Assembly (NCBI GenBank): GCA_032718475.1 | Contig: JAUCBJ010002471.1 | Span: 1 to 64,000 of the forward strand | Direction of reading: 5' to 3' | Source: Nemertoderma westbladi | Taxonomy: Eukaryota; Animalia; Xenacoelomorpha | DNA length: 64,000 nt | Shown: positions 63,385-64,000 of the stretch, in pieces | How positions within the stretch are numbered: position 1 is the first letter of the stretch | Layout of the letters: every line of letters begins with the position of its first letter | The notes under the pieces: model-generated | Seen by the model: the letters and a program-made list of their open reading frames with translations, nothing else | Told to the model about the DNA's origin: nothing | Databases searched by the model: none | Translations under genes and position numbers: made by a program

Positions 63385-64000
63385 AGTGGTGGTGTCTGTA
63401 CTTACATTCGATGTGATTTAGCTTTTAATCGTAGGGAAGATTTAGAGACTTGTGACGAAGTTTTATTGGTGGAACTTTTACTTCCTAAAACTAAACCTAT
63501 TTTAATCGGTACTTTATATCGGCCCCCTAAACAATCAGATTTTTTGCAAAATTTTGAAAATACAATTTTATGTAATCTTAGGTCAGACTGTGAAATATAT
63601 TTCTTAGGTGATTTTAATATATGTTACCATCACAAAGCATCCCCCATCTGTAAACAGTACCAAAGTATTTTAAATTTGTTTGGTTTAAAACAAATTATTC
63701 GAGATTCTACCAGAATTACCAGTAAAACTTCTACTTTACTAGATCACATCCTTTGTAATAATACCGATATTATTTCTCAATCTGGGGTTTTACCTATAGG
63801 TCTAAGCGATCATTTTATAGTTTTTTGCACAAGATAGACACAAAAATCTTTTTTCGGGGATCATAAAACAGTAACAGTTAGGTCTATGAAAAATTACAGC
63901 AAGGAACGCTTTTTAAGTTTGTTAGTTAATTCTGACTGGGAACCCTGTTTTAAGGCCGCTGACATTAACCTTGCGTACACTGTTTTTAAAGATATATTTT
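63385..64000 (+). mobile_element. LINE (L2/CR1-group) APE endonuclease region, 5'-truncated, running off the window
   Basis: GGVCTYIR, IGTLYRPP, LGDFNI, TRITSKTSTLLDHI and LSDHFIVF; in-frame stop at 63835-63837. The first ~27 aa of the listed ORF come from an adjacent MITE. Confidence 0.9.

Overview
AT-rich, transposon-dense nuclear DNA of an animal, probably an invertebrate (inferred from spliceosomal introns, LINEs, MITEs and ciliary/cohesion genes). I saw no prokaryotic features, CRISPR arrays, rRNA or intact tRNA. Host genes: an intronless serpin (28341-29501), two-exon DSCC1/DCC1 (51590-50608 + 50104-49939, with the last exon recovered by hand), and TRAF3IP1/IFT54 with an intronless CDS (55149-56606) head-to-head with DSCC1. 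Two orphan secreted-protein candidates are a 10-Cys GPI-anchor-type protein (5271-5918) and a 73-aa 6-Cys peptide precursor ending in the amidation signal GRK (43471-43692). A possible spliced gene end lies at 37003-37572. The rest is a nested mosaic of LINE remnants (CR1/L2, RTE), BEL/Pao LTR fragments, a Merlin/IS1595-type transposase interrupted by a MULE-like element, MITEs resembling hAT, Kolobok, piggyBac, Sola and Merlin (many with readable TSDs), foldback palindromes and minisatellites. The best leads are (1) a serpin reactive loop with Asp in the CrmA P1 register (YESD/S, a candidate caspase inhibitor), (2) the amidated Cys-rich peptide, (3) RFX X-boxes carried by several MITE families plus one upstream of IFT54, (4) MULE-like elements sharing asymmetric GGAT...ACAC ends, and (5) a TGT-targeting element with an internal empty-site control. 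All calls were made by eye; no database searches were run.
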